From Clostridium vitabionis (GTDB lineage: Bacteria > Bacillota > Clostridia > Lachnospirales > Lachnospiraceae): a stretch of 32,000 nt of DNA. The DNA is taken from positions 7,203 through 39,202 of the forward strand of contig NZ_JADKQA010000003.1 in the NCBI RefSeq assembly GCF_015351765.1, given 5' to 3'. This document shows, piece after piece, positions 1 to 7,761 of this stretch. The notes beneath the pieces were generated by a model. It made no database searches. It worked only from the letters and a program-made list of their open reading frames with translations, and had not been told where the DNA came from. Position 1 is the stretch's first letter, and every line of letters begins with the position of its first letter. A program made the position numbers and the translations under genes.

Positions 1-156
1 AAGCTTACCGGCAGGGAAGCTGTCGATATGCTGGTCAGAAAGATTGATGGAGACCGTGGAGACTTGAAGCCGGAAGAAAACCCAAACGGAATCACGAAAA
101 TTGAGTACTTTCCCAGGCTGATCATACGGAAGACGACAGGCCCATGCCCCAAGTAG
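1..156 (+). CDS. LacI/GalR-family transcriptional regulator, C-terminal fragment (5' end outside window)
   Basis: Frame 1 is open from base 1 to TAG at 154-156 and reads KLTGREAVDMLVRKIDGD...ITKIEYFPRLIIRKTTGPCPK. The G..A...L...I ... P.LI.R.(S/T) tail is the usual end of LacI-family effector domains. It is absent from the ORF track because it has no in-window start. Confidence 0.55.
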   Translation, partial: KLTGREAVDMLVRKIDGDRGDLKPEENPNGITKIEYFPRLIIRKTTGPCPK

Positions 157-176
157 GGGAGATCAGGACAAGGAAA

Positions 177-216
177 ACGCGGCGGAAAAACAGACAAATT
201 TTCTGCCGCGTTTTTG
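177..216 (+). terminator. Intrinsic terminator after the LacI-family gene
   Basis: ACGCGGCGG (177-185) pairs with CTGCCGCGT (203-211), 9 bp including one G-U, around a 17-nt loop. A TTTTT run follows at 211-215. Confidence 0.7.
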
Positions 217-398
217 TGTAAAAAGGAGAATTTGAAATTTCTCGGGATCTTCGGAAGTAAATAATGAGAAACTTTAGTAAAATATTTACTTAACTTTTGC
301 AGGGAAAATCGGCCGGATTTCAGGAAATATAAAATAATCAGTAAAGAATTTACCAATTTCCAAACGATATATAGATAATGCACAAAAATAAATTATAA

Positions 399-427
399 TT
401 GCGAGATTATTTAGGCATGTTTATAAT
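399..427 (+). promoter_or_regulatory. Sigma-A-type promoter for the TRAP operon
   Basis: TTGCGA (399-404), a 17-nt spacer, then a perfect TATAAT (422-427). It sits in a very AT-rich spacer about 65 nt upstream of the dctP-type start. A palindrome AGTAAA-ATA-TTTACT at 276-290 is a possible operator, unverified. Confidence 0.5.
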
Positions 428-493
428 AAATGTAAAGAAATATCATTCAGGGCGTGAATGAACATCATGAATGTGCAAAAAAAGGAGGAGTGT

Positions 494-1579
494 ATGAAAA
501 AACAAATTGCTCTAGCTATGGCCGGTGTGCTGTCCGTCTGTCTCTGCGCATGTGGTTCTTCGGGTTCGGGAAAGACAGCAGGGAGCAGCGCGGCGGCCTC
601 CCAGGCGGCAGAGACAAGCGCTGCGGCGGAATCAGAGAAGTCCGGAACCGGTACCGGGACGGGAGAACCCATTACGATTAACATTTCCCACTCGTACACG
701 GAGATGGATCAGGTCAGCGTGGAGTTAAACACCGCGAAGAAGAATATCGAGGAACGCACCAATGGTGCGGTGACCGTTAACCTGTATCCCAATAACACAT
801 TTGGCAACTTGGTGGATGGCGTGGAAGCGGTTATGTCAAATTCACCGCTGATGCTGATGGCGTCCTACAGCCAGTGGGAAGATATTTATTATGATGCGAG
901 CGCACTGCAGTGCGGGTTTGTCTTTAATGACGGCCAGGAGTTTCTGGACGTGATGGAATCCGACCTGTTCAAAAAGCTTGTTTCCGACATGGATGAAAAG
1001 AATATCCATGCGCTCAATGCCGCATTTGTCGGCGGCATGCGTCATGTCATCGGAAAGAAGCCGTACAGGAATCCGGAAGAAATCAAGGGACTGAAGATCC
1101 GGGTGCCGAATTCGACAACCTATCTGGAGTGTTTTAAAGCTATGGGAGCCAGCCCGATGGGAATGGCTGCTTCGGAGCAGATGAGCGCACTTTCTTCGGG
1201 TGTGATCGATGCCCTGGATCAGTCAATCAGCCTGATGTACTCGACAAAGAGCTATGAGATGGTCAATCAGGTAACGCTTCTCTCCCAGCAGCCGCTGGCA
1301 GATGCCCTGTTCTGCTCGACAACTTGGTGGAATTCAATTCCGGAAGAGTATCGGGAGATTATCGAGGATGAGCTGCATCAGGCCGGACTCCGCTATAACA
1401 AGTATTCTACGGAAAATGAAGGAAAGATGCGCGAAGAGATGGAGAAGGCGGGCGTCGTATTCAACGATGGCGACAGACAGGCGTTTATTGATAACGGTTG
1501 CGGCGATCTTGTCCTCAAGTATGGTATCGGACAGGAACTTCTGGATACGTTAGCGGATATCCGCGCAAAGAAAAAGTAA
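494..1579 (+). CDS. TRAP transporter substrate-binding lipoprotein (DctP family)
   Basis: The ORF track entry is 458..1579. I prefer the ATG at 494, preceded by AAAGGAGGAG. The N-terminus MKKQIALAMAGVLSVCLCACGSS has a signal peptide and lipobox (LCAC), followed by a Ser/Ala/Gly/Thr linker. The body resembles DctP-type binding proteins, and DctQ/DctM genes follow. Confidence 0.85.
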   Translation: MKKQIALAMAGVLSVCLCACGSSGSGKTAGSSAAASQAAETSAAAESEKSGTGTGTGEPITINISHSYTEMDQVSVELNTAKKNIEERTNGAVTVNLYPNNTFGNLVDGVEAVMSNSPLMLMASYSQWEDIYYDASALQCGFVFNDGQEFLDVMESDLFKKLVSDMDEKNIHALNAAFVGGMRHVIGKKPYRNPEEIKGLKIRVPNSTTYLECFKAMGASPMGMAASEQMSALSSGVIDALDQSISLMYSTKSYEMVNQVTLLSQQPLADALFCSTTWWNSIPEEYREIIEDELHQAGLRYNKYSTENEGKMREEMEKAGVVFNDGDRQAFIDNGCGDLVLKYGIGQELLDTLADIRAKKK

Positions 1580-1619
1580 CAGGGTAAGGGAAAATTTATT
1601 TTCCGAGCAATGAGTTGGC

Positions 1620-1665
1620 TGAGGAGCGTCATCATTTGGCAATAACCAACGGATGATGCTCCTCA
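1620..1665 (+). other. Intercistronic stem-loop between the binding-protein and permease genes
   Basis: TGAGGAGC..ATCAT (1620-1635) pairs with ATGATGCTCCTCA (1653-1665). No T-tract follows. The position is typical of mRNA-stabilising or attenuating hairpins that raise binding-protein expression over permease expression. Confidence 0.5.
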
Positions 1666-1714
1666 TCCATTCGAAAGCGGAACAAGATCTTCAGATATTG
1701 GCGGTGAGGCAGGA

Positions 1715-2206
1715 ATGAAAAGAATCATTGACTTTTTTGAAAGCGGAAAATTTGAGGAACTGCTCGGCAGCCTGGCGATCATTATTGTTATTGTCCCGGT
1801 CACGATAAATGTTGTCAAGAGAACATTTTTTGGCTCGTATTCTGTAACGCTGGAAGCAATCGCCCTGCTCGCGTATGTATGGATCGGCTATGGGTTCTTT
1901 GGCTATCTCTGCAAAAAGGATGCTCACGTTGATGTGAAATTCATTGTTCAGAAAGCTTCGCCCGGAGCAAGAAAGGTTCTGGATTTCCTGCGGGAAGTGA
2001 TCATCCTGGCGATTGCGGCATACTTGTTTTACTGGGGATGCAAATTGTTCCGCACCAATATCAACCGATATGCCACGGGAACAAAAATTCCTCTTGCGGT
2101 AGGCTATGCCAGCATTGTATTTGGCTATGGAACGGCGGTGATCCGGTGTCTGTTCTCGATCGTTCGCCGGTTATTTCACAAAAAACAGGGAGGTGGGGAA
2201 CAATGA
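1715..2206 (+). CDS. TRAP transporter small permease (DctQ family)
   Basis: A 163-aa hydrophobic protein with about 4 predicted TM segments. It lies between the DctP and DctM genes, and its stop overlaps the next start (ATGA at 2203-2206). Confidence 0.85.
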   Translation: MKRIIDFFESGKFEELLGSLAIIIVIVPVTINVVKRTFFGSYSVTLEAIALLAYVWIGYGFFGYLCKKDAHVDVKFIVQKASPGARKVLDFLREVIILAIAAYLFYWGCKLFRTNINRYATGTKIPLAVGYASIVFGYGTAVIRCLFSIVRRLFHKKQGGGEQ

Positions 2207-3498
2207 GCGGAATAACCGTCTGGCTGCCCTTGATTTTGGTCATGATTCTTCTGGCGCTGAGAATCCCTGTGTCCATGGCCTTCCTGTCAGGCGCGGTCTT
2301 TTATTTCGGGTTTATTGCGACAGAAATGCCGCTGAACATGATTCTGTCGAAAATGGTTTCCTCGGGGATGAATATGAATCTGATGGCGATCCCGTTTTTT
2401 ATCACGGTCGGCCTTCTGATGAATTACACCGGCATCACATCCCGCATGATGAATTTTGCGGATATCTGTGTTGGCCATATGTGGGGAGGCCTGGCGCAGG
2501 TGAATGTTTTGCTGTCTACCCTGATGGGAGGACTGTGCGGGTCGTCGAATGCGGATGCGGCGATGGAATGTAAGATGCTCGTTCCGGAAATGGAAAAGAG
2601 AGGATTTAACAGAGGGTTTTCGGCTGCTGTTACAGCTTCGTCCGCGTTGATTTCCCCGATGATCCCGCCGGGGGTCATGCTTATCCTGTATGCGTCAATC
2701 ACGGAAAATTCTGTGTTGGATATGTTCATGGCAGGTTATCTCCCGGGAATCCTGATGTGCATTTCCCTGATGATTGCCGTCTCCTATGTGTCGCACAGGG
2801 ATGGCTACAGGCCCACCCGGACGAAAAGAGCTTCATTCAAAGAAGTTCTGCGAGGCTTAGCCGAGTGCTTTTGGGCACTTCTCATGATTTTGGCGTTGAT
2901 CATCGGCCTTCGCACCGGGTTTTTCACCGCTACGGAAGGCGGCGCCGTTCTGTGCGTACTGTGCCTGATTGTCGGCATGCTTATTTATCGAGAACTCCAT
3001 TGGCAGGATCTGGTCAAGGTTTTGAAGGAAGCTTTTGTTTCCGTGGCAAATATCTTCGGGATTATTATCTCGGCGACGGTGTTTGGCCTGTACCTGACCT
3101 ATGCGCAGGTTCCGCAGCAGATTACCAGTTTGATTCTCGGGATGAATGTTGGCAGAATAGGATTTCTCATTGTCGTGAATATCATCCTGTTGATCATGGG
3201 GATGTTTGTTGACAGCTCTGCGGTGTTGATGATTGCGGTACCACTCTTATATCCGGTGGCCATGCAGCTGCAGATTAACCCGATCCATTTTGGGATTGTC
3301 TGCATCCTGAACCTTTCCATCGGGGCGCTGACCCCGCCCTTTGGCGCGGTTATGTATCAATGTTGCAATCTGTGCGGTATAGAGATGCCGGAATTTTTAA
3401 AGCAGGGAAAAGAATTGTTGGCTGCCCTGATGGTTTCCCTGATTCTGGTGACGTTTATTCCGGGAATTTCGACATTGCTTCCGACCGTATTTGGTTGA
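2203..3498 (+). CDS. TRAP transporter large permease (DctM family)
   Basis: The ORF track entry is 2038..3498. The in-frame ATG at 2203 (MSGITVWLPLILVMILL...) overlaps the DctQ stop. The protein is 431 aa and polytopic, with DctM-like segments (MNLMAIPFFI, GGLCGSSNADAA, PPFG). Confidence 0.9.
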   Translation: MSGITVWLPLILVMILLALRIPVSMAFLSGAVFYFGFIATEMPLNMILSKMVSSGMNMNLMAIPFFITVGLLMNYTGITSRMMNFADICVGHMWGGLAQVNVLLSTLMGGLCGSSNADAAMECKMLVPEMEKRGFNRGFSAAVTASSALISPMIPPGVMLILYASITENSVLDMFMAGYLPGILMCISLMIAVSYVSHRDGYRPTRTKRASFKEVLRGLAECFWALLMILALIIGLRTGFFTATEGGAVLCVLCLIVGMLIYRELHWQDLVKVLKEAFVSVANIFGIIISATVFGLYLTYAQVPQQITSLILGMNVGRIGFLIVVNIILLIMGMFVDSSAVLMIAVPLLYPVAMQLQINPIHFGIVCILNLSIGALTPPFGAVMYQCCNLCGIEMPEFLKQGKELLAALMVSLILVTFIPGISTLLPTVFG

Positions 3499-3524
3499 TG
3501 ACAGCAGGAAAGGGATAACAGCTT

Positions 3525-4445
3525 ATGCGAACATCATATTTTCCAAAAAATGGCGTTTGGCTTAAGGGGAATACGCATGGCCATTCCACGGTGTCGGATG
3601 GCAGGTTCACGCCGGAAGAGCTAGTCCGGGGGTATCGGGAGAGAGGGTATAGTTTCCTGGCCCTCACGGATCACAATGTGCTTGCCGCCCATGACGATTT
3701 GAGCGACGAGAAGTTTATTCTCCTGACAGGACTGGAACACGATATTGAGTACAGCGCTGGCAAATGCACCCATGTGACCGGCTTGTCCGCCGCGGAAAAG
3801 ACAGCAACCAATTACCTTTGCCGCAGGTATTCCTCCCGGGAAAAATCTGATCAGCAGCTGATCCATATGATGTGTGGAGATGGCCAATTTGTTTCCTTGG
3901 CCCATCCGGTATGGTCCAGAATGTCATGGGAAGAGATCCTGAGTCTTGAGGGTTATCAGGGATTTGAGGTTTACAATAACGGCACAGAACATCTCTGCCA
4001 TGGAGGAAATGCCGAAGTTCTCTGGGATATGCTGCTGCGCGCAGGAAAGAAAGTATTTGCTATGGCAGTGGATGACCAGCACGTAGCTGAGGATTTATAT
4101 GGCGGATGGATCTGGCTGAAGGCCGCGGAGAGAAGCAAGCAGGCGATTCTTGATGCCTTGTGGGCAGGCTCGTTCTACGCGTCCAATGGACCGGATATCG
4201 TCGATTTTGCGCTGGATGCTGAAACCGGCGAGGTCTATGTTACCTGCTCGCCGTGCCGGGAGATTCATTTTGTGACATATGAACCCAGGGGAAAGAGTAT
4301 ATTCGCTAAAGAAGGGGAAACCATAACAGAAGCCTCCTTCCATCTCCGGGGAACGGAATCTTATATCCGTGTTGTGTGTGTGGATCAGGAGGGACATTCT
4401 GCCTGGTCGAATCCGATTTTCTTCGATGAGCGGGCGGAAAAATAG
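3525..4445 (+). CDS. PHP-superfamily (CehA/McbA-like) metallo-hydrolase
   Basis: N-terminal GNTHGHSTVSDG followed by FLALTDHN forms the PHP metal-binding motifs. The AWSNPIFF tail is typical of the CehA/McbA group. The gene starts 26 nt after dctM. Confidence 0.7.
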   Translation: MRTSYFPKNGVWLKGNTHGHSTVSDGRFTPEELVRGYRERGYSFLALTDHNVLAAHDDLSDEKFILLTGLEHDIEYSAGKCTHVTGLSAAEKTATNYLCRRYSSREKSDQQLIHMMCGDGQFVSLAHPVWSRMSWEEILSLEGYQGFEVYNNGTEHLCHGGNAEVLWDMLLRAGKKVFAMAVDDQHVAEDLYGGWIWLKAAERSKQAILDALWAGSFYASNGPDIVDFALDAETGEVYVTCSPCREIHFVTYEPRGKSIFAKEGETITEASFHLRGTESYIRVVCVDQEGHSAWSNPIFFDERAEK

Positions 4446-4458
4446 GAGGGGAGAAAGT

Positions 4459-5712
4459 ATGCGGATAGAAAGCCAGAAGTTCAATGGCGTGTGCGAATGC
4501 GGAGAGAATCATAAGATGACCACACGCGCGGCGATTATTGAGTCCCATGCCAGTGCGAATGTCAGGGATTATCTTCGTGAGTTTGGTTTCGAAGGTTCAT
4601 TTGCGGCAATTTACGATGAAAACACTTATCAGGCGAAAGCGCTGAATCATCCGGATGCTTCACTGGAGATTGTATTGCCTCCGGAGAACCTGCATGCCAA
4701 CGAAAGGGCAACAGATTTCGTATTATCTAAGTTGAAGGGGCATACTGTGCGTTATCTGGTGGCTGTCGGATCAGGGACAATTCATGATACCACACGCTAT
4801 TGCGCCCATAAGTTAGGGATCCCTTTTGTTTCTATGCCAACCGCTGCGAGCGTTGATGGATTTTGCTCTACGGTTTCTGCGATGACATGGAGAGGTTGTA
4901 AGAAGACTATGCCGGGAGTGGCTCCCGATCTTGTCATTGCGGATACCTCCGTGATCAAAGAAGCACCGCTTCGCTTAAATCTGTCCGGAATCGGGGATAT
5001 TCTCGGGAAATACTCGGCGCTTGCGGATTGGCAGATAGCCTCTGCTGTGACAGGAGAACACTTTTGCAGCCGCATTCATGAATTGACAATGAAGGCGGTA
5101 CAGACGGTTTATGAATGCTGCGACCAGGTGGTTAGCCGGGAGGAAGGAGCGTGTGCACAGCTGATTTACGCCCTGCTGCTTTCGGGGCTGGCCATGCAGA
5201 TGATGGGAAATTCCAGGCCGGCGAGCGGTGCGGAACATCACATCTCCCATACGATCGAGATGGAACCGCCTGCTATCGGTGTTCATTCCGATGGTTTACA
5301 TGGAGAAAAGGTTGGAGTCGGAGAAATTATGATATCTCAATGGTATCATAAGCTCGTTTCCATTCACGACATTGAGAATCATGTTCAGGAGTATCGTTTC
5401 TGGACAGAAGAAGAACTCCGGGAATTCTGGGGAGATTCCCTTTATGAGGGTATTGCTGCTGAAAATGATAGTGATGCTATGGCTGGGGTATCTCCTGAAG
5501 ATTTAATCCATGCCTGGCCTGAAATTCGGAAGATAGTAAACAGTATTCCGACACCGGAAGATCTGGAAAAGCTGTATACGAGATTGGGGATGAAAAAAAC
5601 ACTGGAAGATTTACAGGTGCCTGAGGATAAAGCCGATCAGATCTTATATTTCTCACCCAGTGTACGGAAAAGAACAACCTTTAATCGGATTAGCCGAATG
5701 ATCAAATTGTAA
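4459..5712 (+). CDS. araM: AraM/EgsA-type sn-glycerol-1-phosphate dehydrogenase-like NAD(P) enzyme (iron-ADH/DHQS fold)
   Basis: The ORF track entry is 4369..5712. I prefer the ATG at 4459, preceded by GGAGGGGAG. Motifs VGSGTIHDTTRY, PTAASVDGF, GIGDILGK and SRPASGAEHHISH line up with my recollection of Bacillus subtilis AraM. Confidence 0.75.
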   Translation: MRIESQKFNGVCECGENHKMTTRAAIIESHASANVRDYLREFGFEGSFAAIYDENTYQAKALNHPDASLEIVLPPENLHANERATDFVLSKLKGHTVRYLVAVGSGTIHDTTRYCAHKLGIPFVSMPTAASVDGFCSTVSAMTWRGCKKTMPGVAPDLVIADTSVIKEAPLRLNLSGIGDILGKYSALADWQIASAVTGEHFCSRIHELTMKAVQTVYECCDQVVSREEGACAQLIYALLLSGLAMQMMGNSRPASGAEHHISHTIEMEPPAIGVHSDGLHGEKVGVGEIMISQWYHKLVSIHDIENHVQEYRFWTEEELREFWGDSLYEGIAAENDSDAMAGVSPEDLIHAWPEIRKIVNSIPTPEDLEKLYTRLGMKKTLEDLQVPEDKADQILYFSPSVRKRTTFNRISRMIKL

Positions 5713-5740
5713 TAAGCGTTACTTTGAGACTTTTTTTGCC

Positions 5741-5776
5741 GGCAGGAATCTTGTTACGGATTCCTGCCGACTTTTC
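5741..5776 (+). terminator. Terminator hairpin closing the TRAP/PHP/AraM unit
   Basis: GGCAGGAATC (5741-5750) pairs perfectly with GATTCCTGCC (5759-5768) across an 8-nt loop. A weak T-tract (gaCTTTTC) follows. Confidence 0.55.
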
Positions 5777-6046
5777 GCCCTTCTGCCACGGCGAGGTTTT
5801 TCAGTCATGGGCGGCCAGCACTGAGCCGAGGATGGTAAACAAAGCCCTTCGGTCGAACAGGCACGATAATCTTATCGCCATTCCTGAAAAATATTTTCCG
5901 GTGTGGCAATTTTTCGCCCGGCGTTGTATAGTTTTAGACAGAACGGGCGGGACCTGAACTTCGCGGGATAGCCGATTTTTCTTCTCAGAAGGGCAGGGGA
6001 TTGTCCGGCAGCATAAGAATAGTACAGCACAGAAAGGAAGACAGAC

Positions 6047-6415
6047 ATGAAAGTGATCGCAACAGAAAAGGCGCCGGGAGCTATCGGCCCCTATTCCCAG
6101 GGATATATTGTCAACGGACTGGTCTTTGTTTCCGGACAGACGCCGCTCAATCCGGAGACCGGAAAGGTTCCGGAGGGGATCGCGGCCCAGGCGGAGCAGA
6201 GCTGCCGTAATGTCGGCGCTATCCTTGAGGCCGGCGGAGTGGATTTCTCCAAGGTCTGCAAGACGACCTGCTTCCTCGCGGATATGAAGGACTTCAAGGC
6301 ATTCAATGAGGTTTACGCGAAGTTCTTTACGTCTAAGCCGGCCCGCTCCTGCGTCGCCGTGCGGGAACTTCCGATGGGCATTCTTTGCGAGATCGAGGCA
6401 ATCGCTGAGGCATAA
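6047..6415 (+). CDS. ridA: RidA (YjgF/TdcF) family reactive-intermediate deaminase
   Basis: 122 aa. MKVIATEKAPGAIGPYSQGYIVNGLVFVSGQTPLNPETGKV ... RSCVAVRELPMGILCEIEAIA is a near-textbook RidA sequence. Confidence 0.92.
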   Translation: MKVIATEKAPGAIGPYSQGYIVNGLVFVSGQTPLNPETGKVPEGIAAQAEQSCRNVGAILEAGGVDFSKVCKTTCFLADMKDFKAFNEVYAKFFTSKPARSCVAVRELPMGILCEIEAIAEA

Positions 6416-6473
6416 TCTGTATCTGCCGGAGAGGATGGGAAAGATATCCTGCCAGCAGGGATGCACACCGTGT

Positions 6474-6526
6474 GCCGTCGGGGAGGGCGCGGAAGAGGTT
6501 CCGCTGTCCGTCCGGCGGCGTTTTTC
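6474..6526 (+). terminator. Possible compound terminator after ridA
   Basis: The outer stem is GCCGTCGG (6474-6481) with CCGGCGGC (6512-6519). It encloses the inner hairpin GCGGAA-gagg-TTCCGC, and TTTTT follows at 6521-6525. Confidence 0.4.
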
Positions 6527-6541
6527 CATTAGGAAGGGGAA

Positions 6542-7426
6542 ATGCGCTTGGGCAGAATAAGTGAGAGCAGCGCGGATACGGTTCGGCGGCAGATTTTTGC
6601 GTATGCGCAGAAGAAATATCATACCGTACCGGATTATCCCTGGCGCAGGTTTCCCTCGTACGCAGCGCTCCGCCATGAGGGCAGTAAAACGATGTATGCG
6701 CTGCTTATGCGGGTGCCGCCGGGGAAGCTGGCCGTTTCTGCCGGCGGAGCGGAGGCGCAGGGATTTTCTGCCGGCAGTGCGGAAACTCCGGGAGGGCCGC
6801 GTTCCCGGGGCGGGAGGGCGATTCCTCTGGATGCCTCGGGCCGGGCGGAGGTTCTCTGCCTCAAGATTTCCGATGCCGTGATGCACGACATCCTCCTGCG
6901 CGAGGAGGGGATCTTTCCGGCCTATCATCTTCCGCCGGGCAGCTGGATTTCCGTACTTCCGGAGATCGTGCCTTTCGCGCGGGTGACGGAGCTGATTGAC
7001 CAGAGCTTTGCCGACACGGAAAAGCACCGGAAGCGGGAAATCCGGGGGCAGAGGGAATGGCTGATCCCGGCGAGCGTCAGCTACTGCGATCCCCGCCATT
7101 TTTTCGATGAATCGGACACCGTGCAGTGGACGCAGAGCAGCAATGTCCTCCCCGGAGATATCGTCTATATTTATGCCGGCGTCCCGATCGGCGCCCTGCT
7201 CTACCGCTGCCGGGCGGTGGAGACAGATCTGCCGGCGGAAGGCGTGCTCCGCAGGAATTTCCGAAGCAGCCGGGTCATGGTGCTCCGCTGTGAGGCGGTG
7301 CTGGAGGAGACGGCATTTCCCAGGGAGAGGCTGAAAAATGAGTTCGGCATCTATTCTGTCCGCGGGCCGCGGTATGTGCCGAACAGCCTGCGTGAGGCGC
7401 TGAACCGCTATCTCGGCGGGGCCTGA
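6542..7426 (+). CDS. MmcQ/YjbR-family domain fused to an uncharacterised C-terminal domain
   Basis: The N-terminal half (..YHTVPDYPWRRFPSYAALRHEGSKTMYALLMRV ... LCLKISDAVMHDILLREEGIFPAYHLPPGSWISVL...LIDQSF) matches the YjbR pattern. It is interrupted by a Gly/Ala/Ser/Arg-rich insertion. The roughly 125 C-terminal residues (EWLIPASVSYCDPRHFF...GDIVYIYAG...) are not assignable by eye. Confidence 0.6.
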   Translation: MRLGRISESSADTVRRQIFAYAQKKYHTVPDYPWRRFPSYAALRHEGSKTMYALLMRVPPGKLAVSAGGAEAQGFSAGSAETPGGPRSRGGRAIPLDASGRAEVLCLKISDAVMHDILLREEGIFPAYHLPPGSWISVLPEIVPFARVTELIDQSFADTEKHRKREIRGQREWLIPASVSYCDPRHFFDESDTVQWTQSSNVLPGDIVYIYAGVPIGALLYRCRAVETDLPAEGVLRRNFRSSRVMVLRCEAVLEETAFPRERLKNEFGIYSVRGPRYVPNSLREALNRYLGGA

Positions 7427-7666
7427 TGGGATCCGCACGTTCTCTGCCTGTGTCGTGGCGTCGCCGTTTATTGAATTTGCGGCGTCGATGGTTCCGCACG
7501 TTCCCGGCCCGGGTCCGGGTGCCCGCGGCATTTTACAGAACTTTTACCTGGCAAAAAGCTGTCCGGAGCAGGGATTCCAGTGTATACTGTAACTGCTCCG
7601 CGCATGCCGGTCTTTTGTCGGGGAGGCAGGAAGCTGCCGCGGCCTGGCAGGGAAGACCGGGCGGGC

Positions 7667-7744
7667 GCGGCTATATTTCGGATAGAAGCGGCTATCCGGC
7701 GGGCGGATGCGGCTATATTTCGGATAGTAGTGGCTATCCTGCGG
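7667..7744 (+). repeat. 42-nt tandem direct repeat (2 copies), each copy holding a hairpin, just upstream of mgtE
   Basis: Copy 1 is 7667-7708 and copy 2 starts at 7709: GCGGCTATATTTCGGATAG[A/T]AG[C/T]GGCTATCC[G/T]GCGG, with 3 mismatches over 36 nt. Hairpin 1 pairs CGGATAG (7679-7685) with CTATCCG (7692-7698). Hairpin 2 pairs GGATAG (7722-7727) with CTATCC (7734-7739). Confidence 0.9.
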
Positions 7745-7761
7745 TCAGATGAGGCAATATT

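Noticed and set aside
5724-5957. A 77-aa plus-strand ORF and a 26-aa minus-strand hydrophobic ORF (MAIRLSCLFDRRALFTILGSVLAAHD) in the AraM-ridA spacer, considered as a small toxin or leader peptide.
   Set aside because: The plus-strand ORF begins inside the terminator hairpin. Neither ORF has a properly spaced Shine-Dalgarno or gene-like codon bias.
5801-7531. A very long minus-strand ORF (576 aa). The track contains many similar ones: 7468..8814(-), 9272..10576(-), 11086..12384(+), 13285..14586(+), 15657..16613(-), 16727..17644(-), 17666..19204(-), 20542..21567(-), 21812..23833(-), 23752..24702(+), 26718..27470(-) and 30228..31850(-).
   Set aside because: Each lies antisense to a gene with clear family motifs (ridA, mgtE, citC, DUF815, DUF885, the esterases, metG, rsmA, map, murA and others). 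Their translations are Arg/Pro/Gly/Ala-rich low-complexity strings with no motifs. One of them runs straight through three tRNA genes. They are stop-codon-poor antisense frames, as expected in GC-rich DNA.
7427-7761. An M-box (ykoK) or Mn2+ (yybP-ykoY) riboswitch upstream of mgtE. The segment GTCGGGGAGGCAG...GGGAAGACCGGGC loosely resembles the GGGGAGUAG / GCAAGACC halves of the Mn2+ motif.
   Set aside because: The M-box core sequence is absent. The Mn2+-like halves are only about 30 nt apart, too short for the four-helix architecture, and the conserved loop bases differ. A covariance-model scan is needed to be certain.
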